A program made the position numbers and the translations under genes. A stretch of DNA of 64,000 nucleotides from Zootoca vivipara. Lineage: Eukaryota. The notes under the pieces are model-generated. The model saw only the letters and a list, made by a program, of their open reading frames with translations, ran no database searches and was not told where the DNA came from. Where the stretch lies: assembly GCF_963506605.1 (NCBI RefSeq), contig NC_083276.1, forward strand, positions 49,786,001 to 49,850,000, written 5' to 3'. Shown piece after piece: positions 35,884 to 49,479 of this stretch. Each line of letters starts with the position of its first letter. The stretch's first letter is position 1.

Positions 35884-38718
35884 ATTGTCTTAAGAAACCC
35901 ACATGAGTTTGCAACTAGTTTTCTGCTGTGTAAAGGGGAATGCACTCTGCTAAGTAAAGGAACTTGCTAGCACAAGTTAGGAAGGATATTAATAAACAAT
36001 ATATATCCTCTCCTGCCACCCTGAACATTCCCACACCATCAGCTACCCTCACCTGGTTTAGCCTGCCAGTCAAAACCGTTCCCATGGTGTGGCCGCTGTT
36101 GCATGCTAGGAGCCACGGGAAAGATCTGAGTGCAAGTTGGGGACCAAAACTGGACAAATTACCCCAGGAGGAGTCCCCCACCAGAGGTACCATTCCTCCC
36201 CTAACAACCCCATACTCCCCAAAGCAATGGCTGAATGCTTTTAAGAGAGTTCTTCTGGAGTGTGTTGGTTCTTTATCTCCTAGTAATACAGGTGTTTGTC
36301 CATGTCTTTGTTTTCACATTCCCTTGTCTCTGTTTGCTTTGCCACTACTCTCTCACATCCTTTTAAAATTCACCAAAGGCCAGGAGCTGATGATGGTAGG
36401 GAATTTTCCTCTTTATTTACTAGTAAAATGTCAATCTTAATAGCAAACACAGGAATATGCAGACCTTCTGACTTGGGTGTCCATGGTGGATGGCCTCTCT
36501 CTCGCTTGCTCTTTTTCGTTTTCATTTTTGCTTCATCAAAAAAGAGGCAGGCCGCCATCATTTTTGAGCCTTCGTTAGAGGCTGCCTTCTGAAGTCCATA
36601 GTCCTCCTGTCTTTCACCATGATGGCAGGTTGCTAGGGAGGAGGAGGACAGAGAGGGTGCGGGTGGGTTCAGAAACTAGCCTATTTTCTAAAGGTACAGT
36701 TTACATTCATTTCTCTGGCCCTGCCCAGCTCTGCCATGTGCTCCCCTAGAAGAGAATCTTGCCCTCAAGCTGAAAGTTCCCCCCACCTCTGTAAGATTGG
36801 ATCAGAATCTGCAGAGTGCAGGCATGTCCAAAGTCTGTTTCGGGGGCCTAATTCGGCCCCTGTAGCAGTTTTCTATGATATTAGGCTTCTATGCCGAAAT
36901 CGGGCTTGAACGAAGCATTCCATCATAATCAATAGAATAGGTTGTGGAGTGTTGCTTGGTTGCAGTGTGCAGCGGTGATTCCCGTGACCGTTTCTCCTGT
37001 CCGAAAATGTGCCCACAGTCCCCCCAAAAGGTTGGTGCACTAGAGGCACCACATCCAGCTTCCTTCCTTGATATGCATCCCCCACCCCTTTAAAAAGCAT
37101 TCTGAAATGAAGATGCACAATGACAGGGATGCAGGATTGTTTCCCTGCAGATAAATTAATTGCTACTAAGAAGGGGCTCCTCTTTCTCAGAGGTGAAGTT
37201 TCAGATGGATGCTCCGTACAGGCTGTTAACAGGCTGTTAACACTGAAGTTAGACACCCAGAAGAATGAACAGTCCAGGAGAGAGAGAACTTTTTCTGTTT
37301 TAACGATAAGGAGGAAATACCTGCATTGATCCAGTTCAGCTACTTTTCTGCCTGAGAATTAGTAGACTCGTGGTTTGAAAGATTGATAAATGTTCCACTT
37401 TTTTTGCAAGATTGATAAATGTTCCACTTTTTGGTTCCCCATTGAGTCAGTCCCCCTTGCCTGCTTAGCTTCCCCCATCCCACCCACGCTGCTTTGTGTG
37501 TGTTGCATTGTCTGTTCAAGGAGGAGCAGAGATGCGGGGAGATGTAATTCCTCACTTCTATTCCCACAGAACTTCAGATAAATGAACAAGGAATACATAC
37601 GCCATGCACTTGTGTTTGTGTCCAGTGTGGGGCGTGGGGTGCTCTTACTCTCCCAGTAGACTCAGCCTGGATGGGCATTGGCTCACGCAGAGGAGGAGCT
37701 GCCACCCTGCGGAAGGAGGCAGACCTGCCTCGCTGCCCTGCCCTGGACTGAAGCGGATGGAAGAAGCAGCCCGCCTCGGAGCAGCTGCTCTCTCTCCACT
37801 TAGTCCCAATCTGTCAGCAAAGCTGTTCTCCAACAGGAAAAGGCATATTAATTAAAGCGTGCCATGTGGTGAGCTGTCCTAGCTTTAATTGGGATCTCAG
37901 CACACAGCATGTAAATGTCATTCTCCTCCGAAATTTGTGCAAAGGGAGCTCTGTGCTGAGAAGGGGAGGGGGAGTGCAGGCACCAAGGGGGCCACGAACC
38001 TTGATTCCCAGCCAACGTCCTCTGTGGAGCACGGAGCAATTACTGCCTCGTGCCCCTTCCTTTCCTTCCCCATCCCCGCTCTCCTTCCCTGAAGGAGCAC
38101 TGGCCTCTCCCTTCCTCCCTCTCTCCCTCCCCACTTCCTCCACCCTGCTGTCACTGCCTGGCATCCCTGCCATGGTAATTGGGTGGGAGGCTCATTAAAA
38201 CATGTTCACTGCGTTCCAGCAAATATACGTATTTGTTTCCCCACAGCGTCCCTCTTCGAAGCACATCTCATCTGTTCTTGGTTACTTCCCTTTCCTCGTG
38301 TTTGTTTTTCCTTTCAAGTTAGCGTTGCTAGCCTGCAGCACATACTGGAGCAAATGGTCCCCAATCTGTACAGCCTGGCACACCAGACGTCCAGGTTTTT
38401 CATGCTCTGGTGTCCTGCCTGTGGTGCCAGGAGGTGAAGGGGGCGATGTCAAGTTTAAAGCTGATGAGGCTTTTGACAGGAATGTTTCCGCCCTTCACTG
38501 TCTCTTTTCTCTCTTCTTCATGTGACTTGAACAACACAGCGGGTCTTCCACAGGGGTAGGCTAATGTGGTGCCCTCCAGAAGTTGCTGGACTCCGATTCC
38601 CATCAGCCTCTGTCAGCACAGCCAATGGCCCAGGATGATGGGAATTGTAGTCCGGCAACATTGGGAGGACACCACATTGACTCCCCTGGTCTACCATCAC
38701 AGTGGTGGCCTGCTTCCT

Positions 38719-38721
<3 letters not shown>

Positions 38722-38769
<48 letters not shown>
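38722..38769. repeat. (GT)n microsatellite
   Basis: Seen directly. Confidence 0.95.
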
Positions 38770-38771
<2 letters not shown>

Positions 38772-39494
38772 CTCCCAACAAAGCTATTCAAGAGCTGGAT
38801 TCTCAACATGGCCATAGCCCAGGGGAGGATGACTGTGGGGCAAAAATGCCTTTTCTTTCTGGACGTCTTCACTGAAGATAGGAGTACTGTCTTCTCCATC
38901 TCTTAGCGATCTCTTAAGCAAGATTGGAGTAAAGGAATTCAAGAAGTCAGAAAAGAAAGCCAAGGCAATTCTGCTCTAAGACTCCTACAGATCTCATCCA
39001 ACAAGGTACAGGCTTGTGACTTCAATGAGCTATAGGTAGAGCATCAGACAAAGTCTTTGGAGGCCTAATGCTGGCCACCGGTCACCAGCTTGCTGTGATG
39101 GTGTAGGTGCTCTGTTTTCCCTCCATCAAGCTATGCTTACTTTTTTTTTATTAAATATTTTCTTGATTTACAAAAATATATGCAATGTCTCTCATAACCT
39201 TTTTACAAATCAGTTTCATTTGTTGAGACATTGGGAAGAAAAGGGGAAAAGAGGTAGGTGGAAGAAGGTAGGTGGAGTCGGGTGGCAATGTTGTTGTTTT
39301 CCAAGCTATGCTTACTTGAAAGAAAGTCTTGTTTCCTCATAAAGCTGAAGTATGTAAAATGTTACATAGCAAATCATTTGAACAGGGGTATGTACAGACC
39401 GTTAAAATCCACAGAGACACTGTGAAAATCGAAGAAGATAGTCTATTAAGAAATAATGAGTTTGGCATTCAAAATGTATCATAAAAGTATTATT

Positions 39495-39604
39495 AATCTG
39501 GGTGACTGACTGAATCCAGAGTGCTCAGTAATGGTTCCTCATCATACTGGAAAAAGTGACAAGTGGGGTGCCGCAGGGTTCTGTCCTGGGGGCTTTATAA
39601 ACAA
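39495..39604 (+). mobile_element. CR1 LINE RT fragment, left half (split by the Helitron)
   Basis: Encodes VTSGVPQGSVLG, a typical CR1 RT motif. Confidence 0.75.
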
Positions 39605-40627
39605 CTAGTATCATGAAGCCCGTTAAATTAACGGGTGCTAGAACTACAGCGGCGACTTCCAACTACCGGGTGGCGGAATTTAAAAGGCCCCACTCCCAAA
39701 TTTCTCTCACAATCCGCGTGCTTCTTTCTACCCTCGTGGGATTGAAGCCCAGAGTGGCGATTTCTGGCTGAGAAGTTTCCATGGAGAGGAGGGCAGGGTG
39801 GCCTTGCCTGGCTGCCCGCCGGCCCACGGGTGGCGAAGAGAGGCAGGGCAGGCACCGCACCGCCAAAGGCTGGGGAGAAACTTTCCTTCGCCTTCGCCCT
39901 CCCCTGTTGAGTCAGATGCGCCGCCTCACCCCAAGGAGGGACAGAGGGAGGCGCTGCTCAAAGGTGCCCTTCCTCCCCCCATTCACCTCCACCGGCCTCC
40001 ACCCTCGCTTCCCCGACGCGCCCTGCCTCCCTCAGCCGGCGCTGCTTGGACGTGGTGGGTAAGTGGTCAGCTGAGTCCTTGTCAGGGGGAAAAGGCGGGG
40101 AATAAATAAACCAACAGCCCTTTTAAAGAAGCGCTGCTGCTGCTGCCGCCTTCCAGGCACCTCACGGAGCCCGCGTGGAAGCCGCGCCTCCTCCTCCGCT
40201 AACCTGGCGGGGCGCGGCAGCCCCAATTCCCTTCCGTCACTCTCAGAGGAGGTGGGAGGAGGGCGGCAGCGGCATCGCTGCCCCTGAAAGTGGCCCGGCG
40301 GCGGGACGGCCGAACAAAGAAATGCTCCCTTGGCTCGGCTGTGCCGCGACCTTTCCCCCTGACACGTTTCGCTCGGCTGCCGCTGCCTCTTTCTCCTCTG
40401 TGCAGCGCCCCCCCCCCCCGTGCAAGCGCAGTGAGGCGCTTGTCCGGCCGGGAGCGGCGGTTGGCGGCCGCGGGAAAACGGTAGGCAGAGGGGTGGGGGT
40501 GGGGAGAGCGCGTGTGCGCGTGTGTGCACCCAGTCTCTGCACCCAATCCCTGTGTCTGTGGGGCACATGCGCAGTAGCGCAAACCCAGGGACTGGACGCA
40601 GAGACACTTGGACTTTATTATATAGGA
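39605..40627 (-). mobile_element. Non-autonomous Helitron, about 1.02 kb, GC/CpG-rich
   Basis: Minus-strand 5' end TCCTATATAATAAAG; 3' hairpin CCCGTTAA-T-TTAACGGG (39619-39635) about 10 nt before the terminal CTAG (39605-39608); no TSD; the flanks rejoin into one continuous CR1 RT fragment. Confidence 0.85.
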
Positions 40628-40686
40628 CTAGGATGGAGGTATTGAGGGGGTGCTCATCAAATTTGCAGATGACATCCAACTGGGGA
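40628..40686 (+). mobile_element. CR1 LINE RT fragment, right half
   Basis: Encodes DGGIEGVLIKFADD, the direct continuation of the left half. Confidence 0.75.
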
Positions 40687-40738
40687 AGTGTTTATTAAGG
40701 AAATGGTGCCAGCACTGAGCAAAAGGATATTGCCCATA

Positions 40739-40926
40739 CAGTGGTACCTCGGTTTACAAACACAATTGGTTCCAGAAGTCTGTACTTAACCTGAAGCATA
40801 CTTAACCTGAAGCAAACTTTCCCATTGAAAGTAATGGAAAGTGGATTAATCCGTTCCAGACAGGTCCGCAGAGTACTTAAACTGAAAATACTCAAACCGA
40901 GGCGTACTTAAACCGAGGTATGACTG
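40739..40926. mobile_element. Tigger-like MITE
   Basis: TA-CAGTGGTACCTCGGTTTA...TAAACCGAGGTATGACTG-TA. Confidence 0.85.
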
Positions 40927-41652
40927 TACTCAGGACATGAACCAATCCTTGTCATACAAGATGGCGAGAAGCAGGGTCTTGTGAAAGACAATCAGGAAAC
41001 TTTGTGCAAATAGGATTCCATTCTTTGTGCTAATGGAAGCAGAGTAAGTAGCATATTTCTACCTAGCAACAATGTTGATTAGTTTTTAACAATAAGGAAG
41101 CAGGAGGAGAGGTAGATAGAAAGTGCATAACCACTTCCTGGAATGCCTTTCTGAAAGAGACCAGCTTGACAGCACCTTGCTCTGCAGTCTATGCCTGTCA
41201 GATTGATCCTGCAAAAGAAATGGATCAAATACCTGCAGTGGCAAGGCTTGAAAATTTGACAAGCATAGTTAGCTCCTAAAGAGGGTTTGGGCCCTTTTCT
41301 AAAATGGATGTTATCTATGTTAAGCTGTAACATACAAGTGAAATGGCAGCCCTAACATCACTTACCTGGGAGTAAGACCCATTGACTTTAATAGGACTTA
41401 CTTCTGAGTAGACATGATAAGGCTTGTGCTATAAGCTTTTGTGGCCAACGCAGGCCTAGCTCAGCATTATAAAGGTGCCAGGCCAGCAAAAATCCACAGC
41501 GAAGAGTTTAGTAGGCAGGGGCACTTATGACTTGTGCTTGTCCTTATGCTGTTGTAGTGAGGCAGCAGCTGAGGCAATTATTTCTGGTGGCTGGGGGTTT
41601 TTGGGTCCACTTTCAGGGGAATCTACACTTAGGCAACCGAGGAAAGAACAGT

Positions 41653-42160
41653 TAAGAACATCTAAGGAGCCCTACTGGATCAGGCCAAAGGTCCATCAGT
41701 CTAGCTATTGGGCTATTTTAAAACGAGGCTGCATTTTTTTAAAATTTAAAATCTTAAATTGTATTTTAATTAATTTGTTTTTTTCTTTTATTTCTTATTG
41801 TAATTTTACTGTGTCAGCCGCCCTGAGCCCGGTTTTGACTGGGGAGGGCAGGGTATAAATAAAAATTTGTTGTTGTTGTTGTTGTTGTTATAATTATAGC
41901 ATTCTGTTCTCACAGTGGCCAACCTGATATCTGTGGTAAGCCCACAAACAGGAAATGGGTGCAACAGCACTCTGCACATTTGTATTTCCTGCAACTATTA
42001 TTCAGAGGGGGTAGAGTATAGCCATTGTGGATAGTAGACATTGATAGTCCTATTCTCCATGAACATGTCCTAACACTCTTTTAAAGCCCTCCAAGTTGGT
42101 GGCCATTCCTATGTCTTGTGGGAGTGAGTTCCACAGGTTAACTATGTGCTGTACTATCTT
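41653..42160 (-). mobile_element. CR1 3' end interrupted by an L2-like 3' tail (about 41706-41895)
   Basis: TAAGAACAT...CTGGATCAGGCC tail resumes as ATTCTGTTCTCACAGTGGCC after an insert ending GGGTATAAATAAA and (TTG)n. Confidence 0.6.
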
Positions 42161-43645
42161 CTGTCTTTTTCGGGCTGTTTGCAAAGCTCTCCCCACATTA
42201 CTAGTAGTACCATGTAAATAACACTGGTTGCCAGTGATGGTTCAGAGTGGGGTGAATTTGGAGGCAGGGAGTAAAACATTTTCACCCTCAGGAATTCGGT
42301 GTTCTTTCTTTGCTTCCTTGTAGAAAATGGAGTGTGGTCTTTTTCCTGTAACTTTAATGCTAGGTCCTGATAAGATCATAGCTATTAAAATAGGTTGCTC
42401 AATTCCCAGTTCAATAATACAGTAATACCCTGATAGGATCACAGGTTGGCTCTGATCACAGATCAGCTCTAATCTATCCTTCAGAGCAGAGCACTGGGCA
42501 AAGCTGCTGTATCAGAAGCTAACTTTAATTTGCAGATTATTTATTTTTGTGTCAGACTTAAGACGGAGCTGGGGATAAGCAAGAGCCTGTTATCACCACA
42601 GCATTCTCTGGCTGCTGACCAGGCATTTCAGCAGACGTTTTTCTCTCTCCTCCCAGAGAGGTTTTAATGGGCTCCAAAGTGCTTTGATGTATGGTTTCTG
42701 AAACCAACCTCTGTCCTTCCACCTACTCCAGCAAGATTTCTCATCTTTTGTTATTATACTGCTTAGAGCTCCACTTCTACAGAAAGCTTGTGCTGCATGC
42801 AACTTGAAGCCAGAGGGGCCCCAGTCCAGCTGAAGTTGTGACTAATGCTGCCATCTTTATTCACATTTACTTGAACGTATGCCCCACTAACCACAGGAGA
42901 ACATGGTGATGGAGTAACCACAGGCTGGAATGTGCTGTGGGTTTTATTAGAAAGCAGTGGAACTTAAGGCAGTCGTCACCCACTTGTCCTAGAGCAGCTT
43001 TCCCCATCTTGGTGACTCGTGATGTTTTTGGACTACAGTTCCCATCCCATCCCTTGATCATTGGCCCTGCTTGCTGCTGATGGGGAGTTGCCGTCCAAAA
43101 CGCCTGAATGACACCAGGTGTGGGAAAGCTGTTCTATCAGTTCCAATGGACTTTGGTTTCAACCACCTTTAGCGGCATTGGGGCCCAGTTGCTTACTTCC
43201 ATTTCTGCACCTTCTCCCAAGAGATTTTATTTGCTTTCCTGTTGTTGTTGTTGTTTTTACACGGGAAGTAGTCGAGCAAAACGTGCAAACCACCTGGAGC
43301 AGTTTGCAGATCTCAAGAACATCGCAGTGTCAAACTCTTTTGCACCATGTAAGTTTTTTAAAAAACAAAATAAAATTCAGATAGATCCATATGTCTAAAA
43401 TTGATTATTAGTTTTACCCTGGGGCAGTTGCTGCCTGCACCCTCTTTTTTTGGCCACCAGTGGCGCATCCCCTTCTATTATTTTGTAACTAACAAATAAC
43501 CTCCTTGCTAAACACTTAGAGGAAATACTGCAGCTCTCTGAAGGTATATATAGCCTTTACCTCTTGCTCCAATGGGCTAAAGCACAATGTGTGTCTTTTG
43601 TTAAGTTGCCAAACATTAGGGAAAACATAAATTGGCAGAAGAAGA

Positions 43646-43666
43646 TCCACTGACCATGGTGCTGAA
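43646..43666 (-). promoter_or_regulatory. Candidate RE1/NRSE (REST) site
   Basis: Minus strand TTCAGCACCATGGTCAGTGGA versus consensus TTCAGCACCACGGACAGCGCC: 16/21 identical, perfect left half, canonical spacing. Confidence 0.4.
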
Positions 43667-43829
43667 ATGGCTGTAATGATTCTGCCTGGGAATTAAGGAC
43701 ACGGCTGATCCAAAATAAACGTTACTTCCCTAATTTGAGGATTATTTTGCTACCGCCAGGAAATCACCTGAGAGACATGATGGCTGAGAGACATGTCAGA
43801 TTGTCACCAATGCTAGTCTTACTCAGAGT

Positions 43830-44123
43830 TGTTGTTGTTGTTGTTTAGTCGTTTAGTCGTGTCCGACTCTTCGTGACCCCATGGACCATAGCACGCCAGG
43901 CACTCCTGTCTTCTACTGCCCCCTGCAGTTTGGTCAGACTCATGTTGGTGGCTTCAAGAACACTGTCCAACCATCTCGTCCTCTGTTGTCCCCTTCTCCT
44001 TGTGCCCTCAATCTTTCCCAACATCAGGGCCTTTTCCAGGGAGTCTTCTCTTCTCATGAGGTGGCCAAAGTATTGTAGCCTCAGCTTCAGGACCTGTCCT
44101 TCCAGTGAGCACTCAGGGCTTAT
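43830..44123 (-). mobile_element. BovB LINE 3' fragment
   Basis: Same protein motif on the minus strand; (CAA)n tail; TSD TTACTCAGAGT. Confidence 0.92.
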
Positions 44124-47100
44124 TTACTCAGAGTAGATCCACTTAAATAAATAAACATGACTAAGTTGAGAAATGTAAGCTTAACACAGATCTCGCCAGA
44201 GTGTTGTAGAAATCTCTTCCACGCTGTCTGATCTTGCTTAGGTTACTTTAGGAAAAAGAAATTACTTTTGCCACTCAAATGGATTGACTCCTCAGATCAG
44301 CACCTCCCGGGAGAAGAAACATGTAGTTTGGCTGGCCTACATTCTTCCTCCTTACGGTTGGTGCTGCAGCAATCTGGGACTTAGCCTTGAGGGAAAGAGG
44401 CTGTGCTGCTAAAGTAATGTGTGAGTTGGACCTTAGACTGATTAAGGATGCAATCTAATACCCACTTACCTGGAAGTGAGCCTCCTTTAATTCAATGGAA
44501 CTTACTTCTGAGTGTAGGATTGCACTGTAAATTTGATAAATGTTTGTGTTGTTATGAGACTTATTACTTTGATCCTCACCATCCCATGTTTTATCTTCAA
44601 AGAATGTCAGTTTGTCTTTTTTGAAGCGGAACGTATTTGCTATTTATGATATTTGGCAGCATTTTTATACCACTCATTTACAATGAATTATCTAGGCCAT
44701 GTACATTTTAAACACACACACACCAGGAAACATAACATCACATGCCAGTTTTGCTATGGCTACCCTCCCTCTCCAATTTTACTCCTGCCAAATCCCAGTG
44801 AAAGTCTGACTCCAGGATGATGAACTGTAGTTGCCACCGTGACAAAAATGACAGGTAAGTTTCTGCTCCACTCTTTTACCTGCCCCTTCCTCTGTGAAAC
44901 AGACAAGGCATGGCTCTTCTTCAATTATCCCTGGTAATGAGACAGTGGAGATAATTAACAAGAAGACAGCAGTGTTATTCTGTCAAGTAAATATCATGGT
45001 TGTGTTCTCAAACTTGATCCTGCTGAAATGTTCAAGGCCATCTGAAAGCCTCTTCTGTTACCAAGTGCAGTGGGTTCAGCCGTAGGCATAATTAGAAGAG
45101 CCTCAGTTGCCTAATGAAGACTGACTGGTAGCTATTAGGAGGGTGACATTAAAACGCTTAAATGCTATGGAAGATGTGGCAGGCCCACATCTGCCTGCCC
45201 ACTGTGAAAGTGCCCGAGTTGCACTGCCAGAAGCCCCCTGCTAATCACCTATATCAAAGCAAATACTAATTAAAGCAATTATTTAAGGAAGAAACCAAAC
45301 TGATACTTGTGCATTTCCAAAGGCAGCCTTGCTCAGCCACTAAGTTTCTGCTGCTGGGCCTGGAGTAAAGAACGGCAACAAATGGAATTACCAAGGACAA
45401 AGCCGTGTTTTCTAATATGCCTCGAAATGCTCCAGCTGCAGGACTTTGGCCGTGGTCATGGCCTACAGAGAACAAGAACAGCATCAGCAATATGCACTCC
45501 CTCAAGCATCTCTCTAGTCCTTCAGTTTTGCTCTGTTAACTGTGTGCCTTTGTCTTGCCCAATATTGGCTCAATTCAGACATAATGACAAGCCATGGTCT
45601 GTCATTATGAGGACAATTATGTGCAAGCCAAAGGCTCACATGCTCCCTTCTCCCCTTCCTCTGCATGCAAAGGGAAGGAGGGGAGATTAGAAGCTTCTGC
45701 TTCTAGCTGATGATACCACAACACAAATTTGCATCCCAGTAAGCAGAGTCTACTCTGCTTGAACCGTTGTCTGTCCACAGAAAATTGAAAAGAGAGGGAT
45801 TTTATTGTGTTGGTCATTTGTTATGTATTCCGTTGTACATTGCCGATACACTTTTTATGAGTTGGCTGTTTATATATATTCAGATAAATAAATTAATAAG
45901 GGGGAAAGAAGATTCCAAACCAGGATCAAAACATGGTTTGGGATCCTGGTTTGTGGGCAAGCTACAGTTTGAGCAAACCAGGGTTTCTTCTTATTTCATA
46001 ATGCTAGTGCTCAGGATCATCCAATGACTGGAAGTGATTCAGGGCAGACCAAAGAAAATACTTCACACAAGGCATAACTGAATCAATCAAATTCAGTTCC
46101 ATAAGATGGGAGTGATAGCTAATAGCTTAGGTGGTTTCCAAAGGGGACTTAGACTACTTCATACAGTCTTGAGCTTCAGAAGTAGTGTCACTCTCACAGG
46201 GGAACAACAGATGGAGAGAGCTGTTACTCTCATGTCCTTCCTGGGGACATCGGATTGTCTACTGTGAAGAACAGCCTGCTGGACTAGATAAGCCTTTAGT
46301 CTGATCCAGCAGAGTTCTTCTGTTCACATGAGGACACAACAGCAAATTACACTCTCCTGTTAACTAGAAGTGGAATCTACTAATCTCTTCCCCTCTTACA
46401 TGGAAAGGGGGCGGGAAGGAATGGGAGAACAAATGAGCAGGGATGACTTTGAGGTAATGAGAAGTAGTACAGCTGAAAACGCGGGCAGCATTAAGATAAA
46501 TTCAACAGTGTAAACAAGCTTTGATGCACGCAATAATGGAATACTGAATGGTATAGTTTTTGTAAAATATACAGGGATTTATAATATGTAAAATGAACCA
46601 TGGAAAGAGAAGAAGGGAAGCCATTGATATTTTAAGGATGTCAAATGAATATTTTAAATTGTAAAACAGAAAACTTAATAAAAAGATTTATACACACACA
46701 CGAGAGAAGCATTGGCCGCTTCCCCAAAAACATTTCCTGCTACCCCCTTTGCTCTCAGCCACAGTATATTAAGGTCCTATAGCATTGATTAAATCATTGC
46801 TCCTCTGATAATGGGCTATGCCACCTCTTTGCTCCCCCAAACTAGTTTCTCTGGGGCCATCCCACCAACGTGCACATCCCTAGAGTTTGCATAAGCTCAT
46901 CTTTGTAAGCATGATTTGTGACCGCATCTGAATTCAGTCAAAGTGTAAGCTAAGCTGATGTTTTTGAGGAAGATGGCGTCCTTTATGTTTCTGTGGCCAG
47001 AAAATTCAGAGCTTTCCCATCTTAATTTCCTGGTGTCATCTATCACTCAGAGCTATGAATATGGAAATTCCATTTAACTTAGAGTGTCTGGAATCAGTCA

Positions 47101-48029
47101 GTCTTGATACTCAATCTTCTATTTTATTTAGTACACCTTGAGTTTTAACCCAGCTGGGTCTGAAACGCAGCTGACATAAGGATAAAACATAAAATAATAA
47201 AAATTAAGAAATTAAGTTAAAGAACAACACCAGCTGTCAGTCAATAATTACCACTCCATTGATCCTGGAAATCTTTTGGAACAAAACTGTCCTGACCCAA
47301 CACCTAAAGTTTGACACTGATTGTATGTGGTCTCATGTGAGAAATGAGGCAAATTCTAGTTTCTTTCTAAGCTAGGCATCAAATCTCCTGATATATAAAA
47401 ATAGGATATGTTTGGCTGCTTGCTTTTGACTCCACTTCAAAGCTTTGTACTGGAATTGAAGCTTTGTACTGGAATTTTGGCACATGAGAGTCTAGCTGGT
47501 ATGTTGATGAGATCTTGTCCTGAACTTAAACTAAGCTCCCGAAAGAGAAAGTCCTGCCTTGCAGAGAATGAGTTTCTTGCCGCTTGCCATATGAACTGTA
47601 ATAAAAGGTGTATGTAACATGGATGTTGGGGCAACCATCTGGCTACTTACTGTAGTGTAGCATATTTGTTAAATGTGTGGGATGTGAACCCAGAGGTTCA
47701 TGGTTTAATTCATGAATGAGTCGCTTGTAACACCCACCCACACCCAATACTGTTGGATTCCAACTTCCATCACTCCCAGAAAAGATGGCCACTGGTTAGG
47801 GATGATGAGAGTTGTAGTCTCGTGACATCTGAGGAACCCAGAATTCCCTACCCCTGGTTTCAACCTCACTTCAGCCTTACCTTATGGCCACCTAACATAA
47901 TAATCCAGGTATACTGTACAGGATTGCTTTTAGGATTACCAAGGTATTAAACATGAAATGCTTTCAACCCTTGTAATGCACAGTGCAAATGTTAAGTGTT
48001 GCATGGTATAGCTCATTTGCTCCATAAAG

Positions 48030-48215
48030 CCTTCATGTGCATGCACATGAAAGCTCATACCAATGACAAACTCATAGCTGCCAAGTTCTCCCTTTTTTAA
48101 GGGAAATTCCCTTAAACTGAATAGGCTTCCTCGTGAGAAAAGGGAAAACTTGGCAGCTATGGAGAAACTTAGTTGGTCTCTAAGGTGCTACTGGAAGGAT
48201 TTTTTTTCTTTTGTT
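48030..48215 (+). mobile_element. PLE remnant interrupted by a MITE
   Basis: GTGCATGCACATGAAAGCTCATACC followed, after the MITE, by AAACTTAGTTGGTCTCTAAGGTGCTACTGG. Confidence 0.75.
48073..48161. mobile_element. 89-bp MITE, TIR CATAGCTGCCAAGTT
   Basis: Perfect 15-bp TIRs; 8-bp TSD GACAAACT/GAGAAACT; inserted in a PLE remnant. Confidence 0.85.
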
Positions 48216-49479
48216 CCATCTAAGCATTCCTTCTTGCAACACGCAGACATACCATTTTCACACTAGAGCTCTCTCATATTACAGGTAAATATCCCAATCT
48301 ATAAAAATGTCATCATTTCTCACACTTAGTTCAGGGACATAAGCAGATAAACACAGGAAGATGGATAAGCATGTCCCAGGCTACCTCTTGGCGTTGTCTT
48401 TGCTGCATGGTATCAGTTCTGCTCTCTAAAATGTTTAGGTAGAAGTTCCTCATAAGAGCTGGAGTGACAAGCGTTATTCCATACCATGAACAGATTCCAG
48501 TAATGGGTTTGTTTGGGTTTTTTTTTAAAGATTGCCATGCCCTGGCTTTATGTCAGATTCCTTTGGTTGCCTGCCATTCTCCTGTGTTTGAGCAGGGCTG
48601 TGCTTCTAACAGTTGCAGTCTAGCTTGGCAATGCCTTTGTGGTGCCCTCAGATGAAAGCATTCCAGTGACTGGGCAGGAGAATGGGGGGAAAGGACAGGT
48701 GCCCAATATCACTTGATGCTGAATAGTTGTCCAATTACCACTTTTTTTTTAAAAAAAGATATTTTTATTCATGCAATCAGGATAATAAAAAGGTGGGCTC
48801 CCTTCATTCTTCTGAAGAGCAATTATAAAGGACCAAAATGTAGGATTCAGAGGGGCCCAGTGGATCAGTTAGTCCAACACACACACACACACAGCCTCAG
48901 ATGTAGGGACACCCTATATCTGAAGTTTCCCTGCTCTGTATCTGTTTAGCAATATAACATTACATCTACGAAAAGGTCGCATGTGAAGTGATCTTGTGAA
49001 CGGTTGTTGTCAAAGGTTAACTCATTTGTCTTCAGTGATCTTGACAACATAGACCTTAACTTTTGGAGAAGCAGCTATGCTAAGACATGCTTGGAATTTT
49101 GCAAGGACAGAAATAGTGTTGGATGGGGGTAACTTAATCAGTGAGAACAGTGATTTTAATGAGCTATGGAGCCCAATCTTATGCATGTTTACTTGGAAGG
49201 AAGTCCCTTTAAGGAAGTGCACATGGGAGCCCTGCCCCGCCTCATAATGTGGAGCAGCCTCAGCCAGACTTTACATGAGAGCAGATGACCAGTCTGCCAG
49301 ACCACTTTCTCCCTGCTTGGCCTCTCGTGCTAGTCCCTTGCAAAGAGCTTTCTAGTTTATTCTCCCTGGAAGAAGTACAGGTCCATGCTTGAAGGCCAAC
49401 ACAGTTTTGTCCCAACCTGGTGCCTCCAATATGTTTCAGACTACAATTCCCATCAGCCCCAGCCAGCATGACTGTGTTA

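Noticed and set aside
39630-40600. CpG island as the native CHRM4 promoter, and the overlapping GC-rich ORFs (e.g. 40032-40679, 215 aa)
   Set aside because: The segment is bounded by Helitron termini and interrupts a CR1 fragment. The ORFs are stop-poor products of high GC with no recognisable domains.
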